Part shown: in pieces, positions 1 through 9,873 of the stretch
Position numbering within the stretch: the first letter of the stretch is position 1
Layout of the letters: the number at the start of each line of letters is the position of its first letter
Origin: Phycisphaeraceae bacterium
GTDB lineage: Bacteria > Planctomycetota > Phycisphaerae > Phycisphaerales > Phycisphaeraceae
Assembly: GCA_963674705.1 (NCBI GenBank)
Contig: OY771506.1
Coordinates: 2,208,001 to 2,272,000 of the forward strand
DNA: 64,000 bases
Reading direction: 5' to 3'
Translations under genes and position numbers: made by a program
The notes under the pieces: model-generated
Told to the model about the DNA's origin: nothing
The model's database searches: none
Seen by the model: the letters and a program-made list of their open reading frames with translations, nothing else

Positions 1-1
1 A

Positions 2-1039
2 TGGGCGGACAAACTCGAATACGCTTTCCCGGGTAGGACCCCTAAGCCGATCGGCGTGTGCGGGCAGGTGATCCCGTGGAACTTCCCGCTGCTGATGGCC
101 GCGTGGAAACTCGCCCCCGCGCTGGCTTGCGGCAACACGGTGGTTTTGAAGCCCGCCGAGACCACGCCGCTGACCGCGCTCAAGCTCGCTGAATTGATAC
201 GTGATGCTGAATTGCCCGTGGGCGTCGTCAACATCGTCACCGGCGCGGGCGCGACCGGCGCTGCCGTTGTCAATCATCCGGACGTTGACAAGGTCGCTTT
301 CACCGGCTCGACCGAGGTCGGCAAAACGATCCTCAAATCCATCGCAGGCAGTAATAAAAAATACACGATGGAACTCGGCGGTAAAGCCGCGAACCTGATC
401 TTTGAAGATGCGCCGATCGACCAGGCTGTCGAAGGCATCATCAACGGTATCTTCTTTAATCAAGGGCACGTCTGCTGTGCGGGCTCGCGACTGTTCGTGC
501 AGGAATCCGTCGCAGACACCGTTATTCGCAAACTCAAGGACCGCATCCAAACGCTTATCGTCGGTGACCCGCTTGATAAAAACACCGACATCGGCGCGAT
601 CAACTCCAAGCCGCAGCTCGAAAAGATCGAGTACTACCTCAAGGTCGGCAAGGACGAGGGCGCAAAACTCTGGCAGCCCGATACTGCTCTTCCGACCGAA
701 GGTTTCTTCTGTAAGCCCACGCTGTTCCTTGATGCAAGCCAGTCCCACCGCATCGTGCAGGAGGAGATCTTCGGCCCGGTGCTGGCTGTGCAAACCTTCC
801 GCACGCCTGAAGAGGGCATCGCCAAAGCTAATAACACACCCTACGGCCTGTCCGGCGGCGTGTGGACCGACAAGGGCTCCAAGATATTCAAAGTCACCAA
901 CAAGATCCGGGCCGGCGTCCTCTGGGCCAACACCTACAACAAGTTCGACCCGACTTCCCCCTTCGGCGGCTACAAAGAATCCGGCATGGGCCGCGAAGGC
1001 GGATTACATGGGCTGAAGGAATATGTATCACTGAACTAA
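2..1039 (+). CDS. Aldehyde dehydrogenase (5'-truncated by window edge)
   Basis: Frame open from base 2 (WADKLEYAFPG...). Motifs IPWNFP, FTGSTEVG, ELGGK, catalytic FNQGHVCCAGSR, EEIFGP, PFGGYKESG. Confidence 0.95.
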   Translation, partial: WADKLEYAFPGRTPKPIGVCGQVIPWNFPLLMAAWKLAPALACGNTVVLKPAETTPLTALKLAELIRDAELPVGVVNIVTGAGATGAAVVNHPDVDKVAFTGSTEVGKTILKSIAGSNKKYTMELGGKAANLIFEDAPIDQAVEGIINGIFFNQGHVCCAGSRLFVQESVADTVIRKLKDRIQTLIVGDPLDKNTDIGAINSKPQLEKIEYYLKVGKDEGAKLWQPDTALPTEGFFCKPTLFLDASQSHRIVQEEIFGPVLAVQTFRTPEEGIAKANNTPYGLSGGVWTDKGSKIFKVTNKIRAGVLWANTYNKFDPTSPFGGYKESGMGREGGLHGLKEYVSLN

Positions 1040-1045
1040 GAAGAT

Positions 1046-1199
1046 ATTCACCGCAGAGAACACAGAGATCGCAGAGAAGAATCATCGGAAATAGAAACAG
1101 GGATGAACACAGATGGACACAGATAAGACATGAGACAATAGAAGTGCAGATAAGTATTGTTTTTTTTTATCCGTGTTTATCTGTGTTCATACCTGTTTC
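1046..1199. repeat. Empty tandem-armed inverted repeat (10-nt family) preceded by an orphan 9-nt-family arm
   Basis: GAAACAGGGATGAACACAGATGGACACAGATAA (1094-1126) is inverted to TTATCCGTGTTTATCTGTGTTCATACCTGTTTC (1167-1199). Extra arm ATTCACCGCAGAGAACACAGAGATCGCAGAG at 1046-1076. Confidence 0.9.
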
Positions 1200-1221
1200 A
1201 AACTGCATGAAGAGAATTGAT

Positions 1222-2130
1222 ATGAATCCCACGCAATCAGAATCTCAGACTTCCCCGGCCATCGACGCTTCACCGCGCCTTGGTGTGCTCAAGACGTACA
1301 AACTCTACATCGGCGGCAAGTTTCCGCGCACCGAGTCGGGCAGGTTTTATAAACTCACTTCAAGTTCGGGTGAGGTGCTTGCCAACATGTGTCAGGCCTC
1401 GCGCAAGGACTTTCGTGAAGCGGTCGTTGCTGCACGGGCGGCGCAGTCCGGTTGGTCGGGGGCGACGGCTTATCTTCGTGGACAGATCCTTTACCGCATC
1501 GCTGAGATGCTTGAAGGGCGGGCGAGTCAGTTCGCCACTGAGTTGATCCAGATGGGCGCCGAACCCGAGGCGGCGAGGGCCGAGGTCGCTTGTGCGATCG
1601 ATCGGTTGGTCTACTACGCGGGCTGGTGTGACAAGTATCAGCAGGTCTTCAGCAGTGTGAATCCGGTCGCATCCAGCCACTTCAACTTTTCGTTGCCCGA
1701 GCCGACGGGAGTTGTTTCCGTCATCGGGCCGGAGAAGAACGGCCTCATCGGTTTGATCTCCGTCATCGCCCCGATCATCGCTGCGGGCAATACCTGTGTC
1801 GCGCTTGCCTCGCAGAGTAAAGCCCTTTGCGCGATCACACTCGCTGAAGTATTGCACACCTCCGATTTGCCGGGTGGTGTTGTCAATCTGCTTACGGGTG
1901 ATCGTGACGAACTACTCGAACACTTCGCCTCCCACATGGATGTGAACGCCACGGTTTACTGCGGCAGCGATGCGGACCAGATCGAGCGGTTACGCACACA
2001 CGCCGCCGACAACCTCAAGCGCGTGATCACTAACAAGTGCACCGACTGGATCTCGCCCGACGCCCAGAGCCCCTACGAGATGCTCAACACCGTCGAAGTT
2101 AAAACCACCTGGCATCCGATCGGGATGTAA
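1222..2130 (+). CDS. Short aldehyde dehydrogenase-family protein (NAD-binding domain only, no catalytic Cys domain)
   Basis: KTYKLYIGGKFPRTESGR, YYAGWCDK, EPTGVV, LPGGVVNLLTG, VKTTWHPIG. The ORF-track extension to 862 runs through repeat DNA, so ATG 1222 is preferred. Confidence 0.85.
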   Translation: MNPTQSESQTSPAIDASPRLGVLKTYKLYIGGKFPRTESGRFYKLTSSSGEVLANMCQASRKDFREAVVAARAAQSGWSGATAYLRGQILYRIAEMLEGRASQFATELIQMGAEPEAARAEVACAIDRLVYYAGWCDKYQQVFSSVNPVASSHFNFSLPEPTGVVSVIGPEKNGLIGLISVIAPIIAAGNTCVALASQSKALCAITLAEVLHTSDLPGGVVNLLTGDRDELLEHFASHMDVNATVYCGSDADQIERLRTHAADNLKRVITNKCTDWISPDAQSPYEMLNTVEVKTTWHPIGM

Positions 2131-2135
2131 ATCGG

Positions 2136-2325
2136 ATTCACCGCGGAGAGCGCAGAGAACGCGGAGTAAGACAAGACATGTAACAGGGATGAACACAGAT
2201 AAGCACGGATCAGAAGATAATAGATAGTAATACTTCCGCCGCTTTAATTGTTTTCATCTGTGTCCATCCGTGTTCATCCCTGTTCCAAATTCTTCTCCGC
2301 GACCTCCGCGTCCTCTGCGGTGAAT
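2136..2325. repeat. Nested double inverted repeat (9-nt family outside, 10-nt family inside), empty
   Basis: Outer arms 2136-2166 and 2295-2325 (ATTCACCGCGGAG... / ...CTCTGCGGTGAAT). Inner arms 2182-2210 and 2256-2284 (AACAGGGATGAACAC... / ...GTGTTCATCCCTGTT). Confidence 0.92.
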
Positions 2326-2341
2326 AGATAGAATAGCCATC

Positions 2342-3178
2342 ATGACCACCAAGCTCCTGCAAGTCGGCCCGGTTTCGATCGGCCCTGGTAAACCGTTAGC
2401 CATCATCGCCGGCCCATGCCAGGCCGAGTCGCTTTCGCTTTGCATGGAAGTCGGTAAAGCCATGCGCGACCGCTGCGCTGAGCTTGGGCTTGGTTTCATC
2501 TTCAAAGCCAGTTTCGACAAAGCGAACCGCAGCTCCATCCACACCGATCGTGGCCCCGGTATCACTGCCGGCCTGGATATGCTCGCGAAGGTGCGCGATG
2601 AACTGAACATCCCGATCACCACCGACCTGCACGAACCCGATCAGGCAAAAGCGGTAGGGCAGGTCGTCGACCTGATCCAGATCCCCGCGTTCCTGTGTCG
2701 GCAGACCGACCTGCTTGTCGCCGCGGCGAACACCGGCAAGGCTGTCAACGTCAAAAAGGGCCAGTTCATGTCGCCCGCCGAGATGGGCCACGTCGTCACG
2801 AAGTTGAACGAAGCGAATGCTTCCGGGGTGATGTTGACCGAGCGCGGCACGTTCTTCGGCTACCACCGCCTCGTCAACGACTTCGCCGGGCTTTATGACA
2901 TGATGCAACTCGGCCCGCCCGTCTGTTTTGATGTCACCCACTCCACCCAGCAACCCGGTGCAGCTCCCGATGGCAAATCCACCGGCGGCCGCCCCGACAC
3001 CGCCCCGACGCTGGCGCGGTGCGCGATCGCCGCCGGCGTCCACTGCCTCTTCATCGAAACCCACCCCGAGCCGACCAAAGCCAAGTCCGACGCCGCGACG
3101 ATGCTTCCGTTGGAGCAGATGTTGGGTTTGTTGGGGGAGTTGGCTGAACTGCATCAAGTGATACAAATACCCCGCTAG
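2342..3178 (+). CDS. kdsA: 3-deoxy-8-phosphooctulonate (KDO8P) synthase, probably the metal-dependent type
   Basis: IAGPC (Cys as in metal-dependent enzymes), KASFDKANRSS, QIPAFLCRQTD, KKGQF, ERG, FDVTHS, ETHP, SD. Confidence 0.95.
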   Translation: MTTKLLQVGPVSIGPGKPLAIIAGPCQAESLSLCMEVGKAMRDRCAELGLGFIFKASFDKANRSSIHTDRGPGITAGLDMLAKVRDELNIPITTDLHEPDQAKAVGQVVDLIQIPAFLCRQTDLLVAAANTGKAVNVKKGQFMSPAEMGHVVTKLNEANASGVMLTERGTFFGYHRLVNDFAGLYDMMQLGPPVCFDVTHSTQQPGAAPDGKSTGGRPDTAPTLARCAIAAGVHCLFIETHPEPTKAKSDAATMLPLEQMLGLLGELAELHQVIQIPR

Positions 3179-3257
3179 GATGGGGGGACTTATTAGACGG
3201 GCCATCTTGGCCCGGTGGTGAGTATTTGTGTCGCAAGGCAGTAGTGAGGACTCGCAT

Positions 3258-3881
3258 ATGACCAACGACGCATTCTGGGAAATCATCGGACGAACAAAAT
3301 CGGCATCCGCCGGTGAACTCGAGGCGCAACTCGAAGCGATCAAGATCGAGCTTTCGGGTTTGCCTGAGTCAGAAGTCGTTGAGTTCGATAGGATATTCGG
3401 CGAGCTCAAGGATCGCGCTTATCACTGGGATCTCTGGGGTGCAGCTTACATCATCGGTGGTGGTTGTTCGGACGACGCTTTCATGGACTTTCGAAACTGG
3501 CTGATCTCGATGGGACGTGACGTGTATGAAAACGCGCTGGCCGACGTCGAAACCTTGGCTGATCTTGAGATCGGTGACGACTCCTTCTTCGAGGAATTAG
3601 CTTATGTGGCGAGCGAGGTCTATGAGCAGAAGACCGGCGGTGACATTCCATACTTACCGCATGACTTCCCGGTCGACCCGGTGGGCGAGCCGTGGGAAGA
3701 GAAGGGTGACGAACTTGAACGACGTTTCCCACGTCTTTGGGCGAAGTTTGTGACATCTGAACCAAAGCGTCATATAACACCCCGTCAGAATGGCGAGGCT
3801 ATAGAAAAGCCGGGCCGTTCTGGCCCATTCTCGCGGACAATTTGCGCGGTTTTCCACTGGTTAAACAAACCCTTTGAATAA
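3258..3881 (+). CDS. DUF4240-like protein
   Basis: FWEII N-terminus and WDLWGAAYIIGGGCSDDAFMDFRNWLISMG signature. Confidence 0.75.
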   Translation: MTNDAFWEIIGRTKSASAGELEAQLEAIKIELSGLPESEVVEFDRIFGELKDRAYHWDLWGAAYIIGGGCSDDAFMDFRNWLISMGRDVYENALADVETLADLEIGDDSFFEELAYVASEVYEQKTGGDIPYLPHDFPVDPVGEPWEEKGDELERRFPRLWAKFVTSEPKRHITPRQNGEAIEKPGRSGPFSRTICAVFHWLNKPFE

Positions 3882-4087
3882 CCCCGGTGGTACCGGTTTA
3901 CCTACCGTCTCCTCGCCTGATAGCAGACCACGGCAGGTTATTCAATGGCCTCACACGTCTATTCCGTCTGAAATCACGATTCTGCGGGATTTTTGGAACA
4001 TCCGCCCCATTCTCGTCGTCTTATCTATGTCTGGGCCCCTTTGGGCGATAAGATGTTGTGGATCAGTAACTCATCAGGAGCCGGCCG

Positions 4088-5977
4088 ATGAATACCGTAC
4101 ACCTTGCGATCGCCCGAACGCGTCGCCGCATCTTCGCCGATACCTGGCTGCGGACACTCGGCTGGATGGCGCTGGTCTGGGTCGGCCTAGCGGTCCTGGT
4201 GCTGGTAGCCGACAAGCTCTTTGCGCTGCGGGTCCCGGTCGATCAGGCATGGATTTACGGCAGCCTCGGCGGGATTCTTTTTATCCTCGCCCCCGTCCTC
4301 GCCTCGACACGTCAGCCAGTCGAATCCATTGCCGCCACGATGATGGACGACAGGCTTGGTCTGAAGGACAGTCTCGGCACCGCGCTCTACGCTGAATCTA
4401 TTAAGGATGACCCGTTTGCCAAACAGGTGCTGGCCGATGCCGAGCGGTTGGCATCCAAAACGCGCGTCAATGAAGCGTTTCCCATCCGGCTGGGTACGGG
4501 TTGGAGCTATGCCCTCGCCGGGGGGGCGATCTTTGCGTTGATGGCGGTATTTCTGCCGGAGGGCGATCTATTCGGGATCGAAGGGAAGCAGGAACAAAAA
4601 CAGCAGCAGCTTGCCGAGGCCGAGCAGGTCCAGCGGCAGGTGCTCGAAGCCAACGCGATCCTGCGTGAGGTCGAAACCTCCGAATCCAAACTGGTTGAAG
4701 CCAACCCGGACGATATCTACAAGGAACTGGCCTCCATCACCAAGCGTGACCTGACCAATCCTGACTTCCGTAAGGAAGCGATCACCAAGCTCGCGACCAT
4801 TCAGGAGAAGCTGGCGGTTGCTGAGAAGAACAAGAAACAGGAGATCAAGACCGCCAAGAACAATATGACCAAACTCGATCCCGGCAAGCGAGGCCCGGCC
4901 GACCGCTTCGCCGACGCCATGCGTCGCGGCGACTTCGAGCAAGCTAAAAAGGAATTGCAACGCCTCGCCGACGGCCTGCAAGGGATGCCCGAATCCGAGA
5001 AGCAAGCGCTTAAGGATCAGCTTGAGGCCATGTCCGATCAACTGGACCAAATGGCTGAGCAGCAGAAGCAGGCCCAGCAGCAGGCGCAGCAAAACATCCA
5101 GCAGCAACTGCAAAACGCAGGCCTGACTCAAAATCAGATTCAGCAACTGCAACAGCAAGGCTACAACCAGCAGGCTGTGCAGCAGGCGGTACAACAGTCC
5201 TTGCAGAATCAAGGCATGAATCAGCAGCAGGCCCAGCAACAAGCACAACAGACCGCTCAAAACGTCAGCCAGCAGCAACAGCAATCGCAGAACGCCGCCC
5301 AGTCCCAGTCACAGTGTCAGGGCATGGGCTCGGGGCTCGGTCAGATGGCATCATCCCTAGGCGGTTCGCAGCCCGGCCAAAATGGGCAGAACAGTCAAAA
5401 TAACCCGGGCCAGCAAGGCCAGTTCTCTCAAGGCGCATGGCAGGCTCAGCAGCAGCTCAACCAGCTCCAGCAGATGCAGAACCAGCTCAACCAGATGCAG
5501 AACGCCCAGCAGCAGATGCAGCAGGCGATGTCGCAGTGCCAGGGTATGGGGCAAAATCAAGGGCAGGGCATGGGGCAAAACCCGGGCCAAGGCCAAGGCA
5601 GCAATTCCGGCCAAAACCAGACCGGCAATCCAAACACCCAGAACAATAGTGTCGGCGGACGTATGGGCGGCAGCGGCGGTAACAACCAGGTTCTAGGCGT
5701 CGAACGCCAGACCGCGCCTTACAGCACATCAACCGAACAAGATATCCAGCAGGGCCAGGGCCGTGTCATCGCCAGTTGGCAGGAGAACGGCCAGATGGTG
5801 GCCGGCGAAGCGACCGTCGAATTCGACAAGACCATGACCGAGGCCCGCAACGATGCCGAACGCGCCATCACTGACGACCGCGTTCCCCGCAGGTATCACA
5901 ATGCTGTGAAAGACTACTTCCAGCAGATGCCCACGTTAGACGAAGTCCAAAAGGCCCCCGCCGCGCCACGGGGGTGA
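4088..5977 (+). CDS. Membrane-anchored coiled-coil protein with long Gln/Asn/Gly-rich low-complexity region (MoxR/VWA cluster member)
   Basis: 629-aa ORF with N-terminal hydrophobic helices, a Q-rich tract and C-terminal VPRRYHNAVKDYF. RBS CAGGAG upstream. Confidence 0.8.
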   Translation: MNTVHLAIARTRRRIFADTWLRTLGWMALVWVGLAVLVLVADKLFALRVPVDQAWIYGSLGGILFILAPVLASTRQPVESIAATMMDDRLGLKDSLGTALYAESIKDDPFAKQVLADAERLASKTRVNEAFPIRLGTGWSYALAGGAIFALMAVFLPEGDLFGIEGKQEQKQQQLAEAEQVQRQVLEANAILREVETSESKLVEANPDDIYKELASITKRDLTNPDFRKEAITKLATIQEKLAVAEKNKKQEIKTAKNNMTKLDPGKRGPADRFADAMRRGDFEQAKKELQRLADGLQGMPESEKQALKDQLEAMSDQLDQMAEQQKQAQQQAQQNIQQQLQNAGLTQNQIQQLQQQGYNQQAVQQAVQQSLQNQGMNQQQAQQQAQQTAQNVSQQQQQSQNAAQSQSQCQGMGSGLGQMASSLGGSQPGQNGQNSQNNPGQQGQFSQGAWQAQQQLNQLQQMQNQLNQMQNAQQQMQQAMSQCQGMGQNQGQGMGQNPGQGQGSNSGQNQTGNPNTQNNSVGGRMGGSGGNNQVLGVERQTAPYSTSTEQDIQQGQGRVIASWQENGQMVAGEATVEFDKTMTEARNDAERAITDDRVPRRYHNAVKDYFQQMPTLDEVQKAPAAPRG

Positions 5978-6185
5978 TCTCGGGTATCGGTATTCGGGTC
6001 TCGGGTCTTGCAACAGGGGACACAATCATTCTGGGTAACGAATCTGTGATAAGAGAGAAAAAGATGTTTGGTGCGGTAAGTCAGCACATATCCCAAAGCA
6101 CGTGTATGACTTGCTCATATGACATACGATGGGGTAACGAAAGTCGTAACCCGATACCCGAAACCCGAAACCCGAATCCCGATCA
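5975..6185. repeat. Empty inverted repeat with 7-nt tandem arms (TCGGGTN / ACCCGAA)
   Basis: Left arm TGATCTCGGGTATCGGTATTCGGGTCTCGGGT (5975-6006, begins with the stop codon). Right arm ACCCGATACCCGAAACCCGAAACCCGAATCCCGATCA (6149-6185) directly precedes the GTG start. Confidence 0.85.
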
Positions 6186-9100
6186 GTGAACTTCATCCGT
6201 TTCGATCAACCCGAGTACCTTTGGCTGCTGCTTTTGGCGGTGCCGATTGCCTGGCTTGGGATGCGCAGCCTTGCGGCGCTTGAGCCGGCCCGGCGGTGGA
6301 CCGCGATCGTACTGCGGCTGCTGGTGCTCGCCGTCCTGGTTCTCATGCTCGCCGGCCTGCAGGCGGTTCAGACGCATGACGACCTGACCGTCATCGCGGT
6401 GATGGATCAATCCGAATCCGTACGCCGATTCGCCAAGCCGCCGACCGAACTCAACGGCACGGAAGATGATGTAAACGACATCAGCCAGTGGGCACGTGAA
6501 TACCTCAAGCAGACTGCGGCCGACCGGCGCGATGGCGATCAACTCGGGCTCGTGACTTACGACGGCAAATCCAGCGTCCGCTCGCTACCCAGCGAAGCGA
6601 CCGACCTCGACACCGGCACGATCGATCAGCCCAACGAAGGCACCGACACCGCCAGCGCGATCCGCTCCGGCATGGCTTTGTTCCCGCCGGATTCAGGCCA
6701 GCGCATGGTCCTGTTTTCCGATGGCAACGACACTTCGGGCGACGTCATCGCCGCAGCACAGGAAGCTGCTGCCGCGGGTATCCGCATCGACGTGTTGCCC
6801 GCACCGTACCAGGTCGAGCATGAGGTCATGGTTGAGCGTTTGATCGCTCCCAATGAAGCTCGCGAAGGCCAGACCGTTCCCGTCCGTGTCGTCCTGCGTG
6901 CCACTCGACCGGCCGACGGCTTCATCCAGCTATCGCACGATGATGTGTTCATCGACCTAAATGGCGCACTGGAAGGCACAGGCGCACCGGTCTACAAGTC
7001 CGACTGGACGCTTGAAGAGACCAGTCAGACGGAAAACTCAACCGATGATCCAACGGTAGAAGATACGAACACCGTCGACGAACCCATGCTCGGTAAATAC
7101 ATCACCGTCCGCGAAGTGGACGTGCCGATGGGATTCACCGGCGTCAACAAGTTCCGCGCGATCTTCGAGACATCCGATGAAGACGACACGATGCAGATCA
7201 ACAACCAGGCCGAGGCGTTCACGCTTGTCTCCGGCAAGGGGCGCATCCTCTTTGTAGATAACGTCGGCGGCGAGTCGGGCAGCATCCTCCCACGCGCTCT
7301 TGCCAGCCGGGGTATCGAGATGGACGTCGTCGGCCCGGAGGGCGTACCCATCTCACTCGATCGGATGCAGCGTTACGACGCGATCATCCTCCAGAACGTG
7401 CCTTACGACCAGGTCATCGCACAGCAGCGCCTGATGGCCAAGTACGTGCATGATCTTGGTGGCGGCCTGATTATGCTCGGCGGGCCCGACAGCTTCGGTG
7501 CAGGCGGCTGGACCAATTCCGAAATCGATAAATACATCCTTCCGGTCAGTTGTCAGATCCCCTCGCAGACGATCCTGCCTTCCGGCGCATTGGCGCTGGT
7601 AATCGACCGTTCCGGCTCTATGGCCGCACCCGTCGGCGGCACAATGCGAACGCAGCAGGAGCTTGCCAATGAGGCGGCCGTCCTCGCGCTGAACACGCTG
7701 TATCCGCAAGACCTGATCTGTGTGATCGCGTTTGACGGAAGCGCTCACATGATCGTCAAAACGCAGCCAAACACCGACCCCGTCGCCGTCGCCAAGAAAG
7801 TACGCAGCATCCAGCCCGGCGGCGGCACGGAAAGTTACTACGGCCTGGAGATGGCCTATAAGGAACTGGCGCCCCTGACCGTGCAGGATGCCGCCGTCAA
7901 GCATGTCATCATGCTGACGGATGGTATGAGCGGCGAATCCATCACCGGCGGGTACGTCAAAATGCTCGGCTTGATGAACAAGCAAGGCATCACACTTTCC
8001 ACCATCGGTGTCGGTGATGGGCACAACTCTCAACTACTTAAACAATTGGCCAGCATGGGAAGCGGTAACTACCACCCCATCACCAACCCTTCAAACCTGC
8101 CGCAGGTCTTCATTAAAGAAGCCAAGACCATCCGCAAGAACCTGGTTAAAGAAAACCCATTTACCCCGACGGTGCAACCTACCGGCTCGCCGATCATGGC
8201 AAGCATCAGCAGCGTTCCTGAACTGCGCGGCCTGGTGTTGACCGGCGAAAAACACGACCCGCGCATCCTCATGCCCATGGTCGGACCCGAAGGTGAACCT
8301 GTATTCGCACACTGGCAGGTCGGCCTCGGACGTAGCGCCGCGTTCACCTCCGATGCGACCAACCGCTGGGCCACGCAATGGCTATCGTGGGGCGGCTACC
8401 CCGACTTCTGGGCACGCACCGTCCGCAGCATCGCGCGCCCAAGCGCCTCGCGCGATACCGACCTGATCGTGGGCATCAGCGATGGGCAATTGAATATCCA
8501 ACTCGATGCCGCGTTCGAATCCTCGCAAACAACCGGCAACCGCAGGCAACGTGCCGGCAGCTTCGGCAACTTCCTCGACGTTAAAGGCAGCGTTCTCAAG
8601 CCTGATGGCACCGTCGAACAGGTCGCGCTCGATCAGATCGGCCCGGGCCAGTACCGTGCAAACGTCCCCGCCGGCCAGACCGGCAACTACGTCGTCAGTC
8701 TCTTCATCGAATCGCCCGATGGATCTAGGCGTGCTGTCTTTGGCGGCGCGGGTAAACCGCCCGGCGAAGAGTTGCGCCGCTTCAAATCCAACAACGCCGT
8801 CCTCGAACGCATCGCCGAAATCACCAACGGTCGCGTCCTCGACCCGACCCAGCCCCAGACCGCAGGCCTCTTCGAACGCAACGTGCCTTTTGAAACACGT
8901 TCGATCCGCCCGCTTTGGCGCACGTTGTTGCTTTGGCTGGTCATCTTCTTCATGCTCGATGTCGCCTGCCGCCGCATCGCTTGGGATCCAGTCGCCATCT
9001 GGGAGTGGAGCAAGCAGCGTGTCGATTCGCTGCTTGGCACACTCAAGCCGCGCGAGGTCGAAGTAGAGACCACCCTCGCCGCGCTAAAGAACCGTCAGGC

Positions 9101-9401
9101 ACAAACCGAACAACAACTCGCCGATCGTGCAGCGGGTGTGCGCCTGACCAAGGTCGCAAGCGAACCCGCCGTCCCCGCACCGTCTACCAAGCGCAAGTTT
9201 GAAGCATCCGAGGACTTCGTCGCTTCCAGCAACTTTGCCGAATCCGTAGGCGGCGCGACCGACAACCCGAATTCAGCTTACGCATTGAATGACAAGCAAT
9301 CCGATGGCGACACGGCCGAAGGCGAAGGCATGACCACCAGCCGCCTCCTCGCCGCCAGGCGTCGCGCCCGGGAGCAGATGAATGATGAGAAAGGCAAATA
9401 G
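6186..9401 (+). CDS. Large membrane protein with two VWA domains and a glutamine-amidotransferase-like domain
   Basis: MIDAS-like DQSES and DRSGSM, SDG/TDG motifs, GGGLIMLGGPDSFGAGGW, N- and C-terminal TM segments. Confidence 0.85.
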   Translation: MNFIRFDQPEYLWLLLLAVPIAWLGMRSLAALEPARRWTAIVLRLLVLAVLVLMLAGLQAVQTHDDLTVIAVMDQSESVRRFAKPPTELNGTEDDVNDISQWAREYLKQTAADRRDGDQLGLVTYDGKSSVRSLPSEATDLDTGTIDQPNEGTDTASAIRSGMALFPPDSGQRMVLFSDGNDTSGDVIAAAQEAAAAGIRIDVLPAPYQVEHEVMVERLIAPNEAREGQTVPVRVVLRATRPADGFIQLSHDDVFIDLNGALEGTGAPVYKSDWTLEETSQTENSTDDPTVEDTNTVDEPMLGKYITVREVDVPMGFTGVNKFRAIFETSDEDDTMQINNQAEAFTLVSGKGRILFVDNVGGESGSILPRALASRGIEMDVVGPEGVPISLDRMQRYDAIILQNVPYDQVIAQQRLMAKYVHDLGGGLIMLGGPDSFGAGGWTNSEIDKYILPVSCQIPSQTILPSGALALVIDRSGSMAAPVGGTMRTQQELANEAAVLALNTLYPQDLICVIAFDGSAHMIVKTQPNTDPVAVAKKVRSIQPGGGTESYYGLEMAYKELAPLTVQDAAVKHVIMLTDGMSGESITGGYVKMLGLMNKQGITLSTIGVGDGHNSQLLKQLASMGSGNYHPITNPSNLPQVFIKEAKTIRKNLVKENPFTPTVQPTGSPIMASISSVPELRGLVLTGEKHDPRILMPMVGPEGEPVFAHWQVGLGRSAAFTSDATNRWATQWLSWGGYPDFWARTVRSIARPSASRDTDLIVGISDGQLNIQLDAAFESSQTTGNRRQRAGSFGNFLDVKGSVLKPDGTVEQVALDQIGPGQYRANVPAGQTGNYVVSLFIESPDGSRRAVFGGAGKPPGEELRRFKSNNAVLERIAEITNGRVLDPTQPQTAGLFERNVPFETRSIRPLWRTLLLWLVIFFMLDVACRRIAWDPVAIWEWSKQRVDSLLGTLKPREVEVETTLAALKNRQAQTEQQLADRAAGVRLTKVASEPAVPAPSTKRKFEASEDFVASSNFAESVGGATDNPNSAYALNDKQSDGDTAEGEGMTTSRLLAARRRAREQMNDEKGK

Positions 9402-9847
9402 CCACCGATGAACACAGATGAACACAGATTGGATGCGGGGGCTGTGGTTGACCATGATGCGTTGACTGAACGCATTATTGGTTGCGCGATGGCTGTGAGC
9501 AATAGTCTGGGGGTGGGTTTTCTGGAGAAGGTGTACGAGAACGCCTTGGTTTTGGAATTGCGTGCGGATGGCTTGAGTGTTAACCAGCAAACGCCGGTAC
9601 ATGTGTGGTATCGCGATGAAGTGGTAGGGGACTTTGTTGCGGACTTGATTGTAGAGAACAAGGTATTGATTGAATTAAAACACTCGGATGGTATCCACCC
9701 GGTTCATGTCGCACAATGTCTCAACTACCTGCAAGCCACAAAACACAAAACCTGCCTTCTCTTAAACTTTGGCACAACTAAACTGGGCATCAAACGTATA
9801 TCACTATAAACCTCTTATCTGTGTTTATCAGTGTTCATCGGTGGCTA
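9399..9847. mobile_element. Putative hairpin cassette: 10-nt-family inverted arms enclosing a GxxExxY gene
   Basis: TAGCCACCGATGAACACAGATGAACACAGAT (9399-9429) vs ATCTGTGTTTATCAGTGTTCATCGGTGGCTA (9817-9847), 29/31 complementary. Cargo is AT-richer than the flanking genes. Mobility is inferred. Confidence 0.6.
9408..9809 (+). CDS. GxxExxY protein (PD-(D/E)xK nuclease superfamily)
   Basis: LGVGFLEKVYENAL, ADLIVENKVLIELK, QCLNYL, LLNFG. Confidence 0.92.
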   Translation: MNTDEHRLDAGAVVDHDALTERIIGCAMAVSNSLGVGFLEKVYENALVLELRADGLSVNQQTPVHVWYRDEVVGDFVADLIVENKVLIELKHSDGIHPVHVAQCLNYLQATKHKTCLLLNFGTTKLGIKRISL

Positions 9848-9873
9848 AATTCTGCCACAAGGAGTGAATAATC

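Noticed and set aside
862..1221. N-terminal extension of the 422-aa ORF
   Set aside because: Overlaps the upstream ALDH and translates repeat DNA; ALDH similarity begins after ATG 1222.
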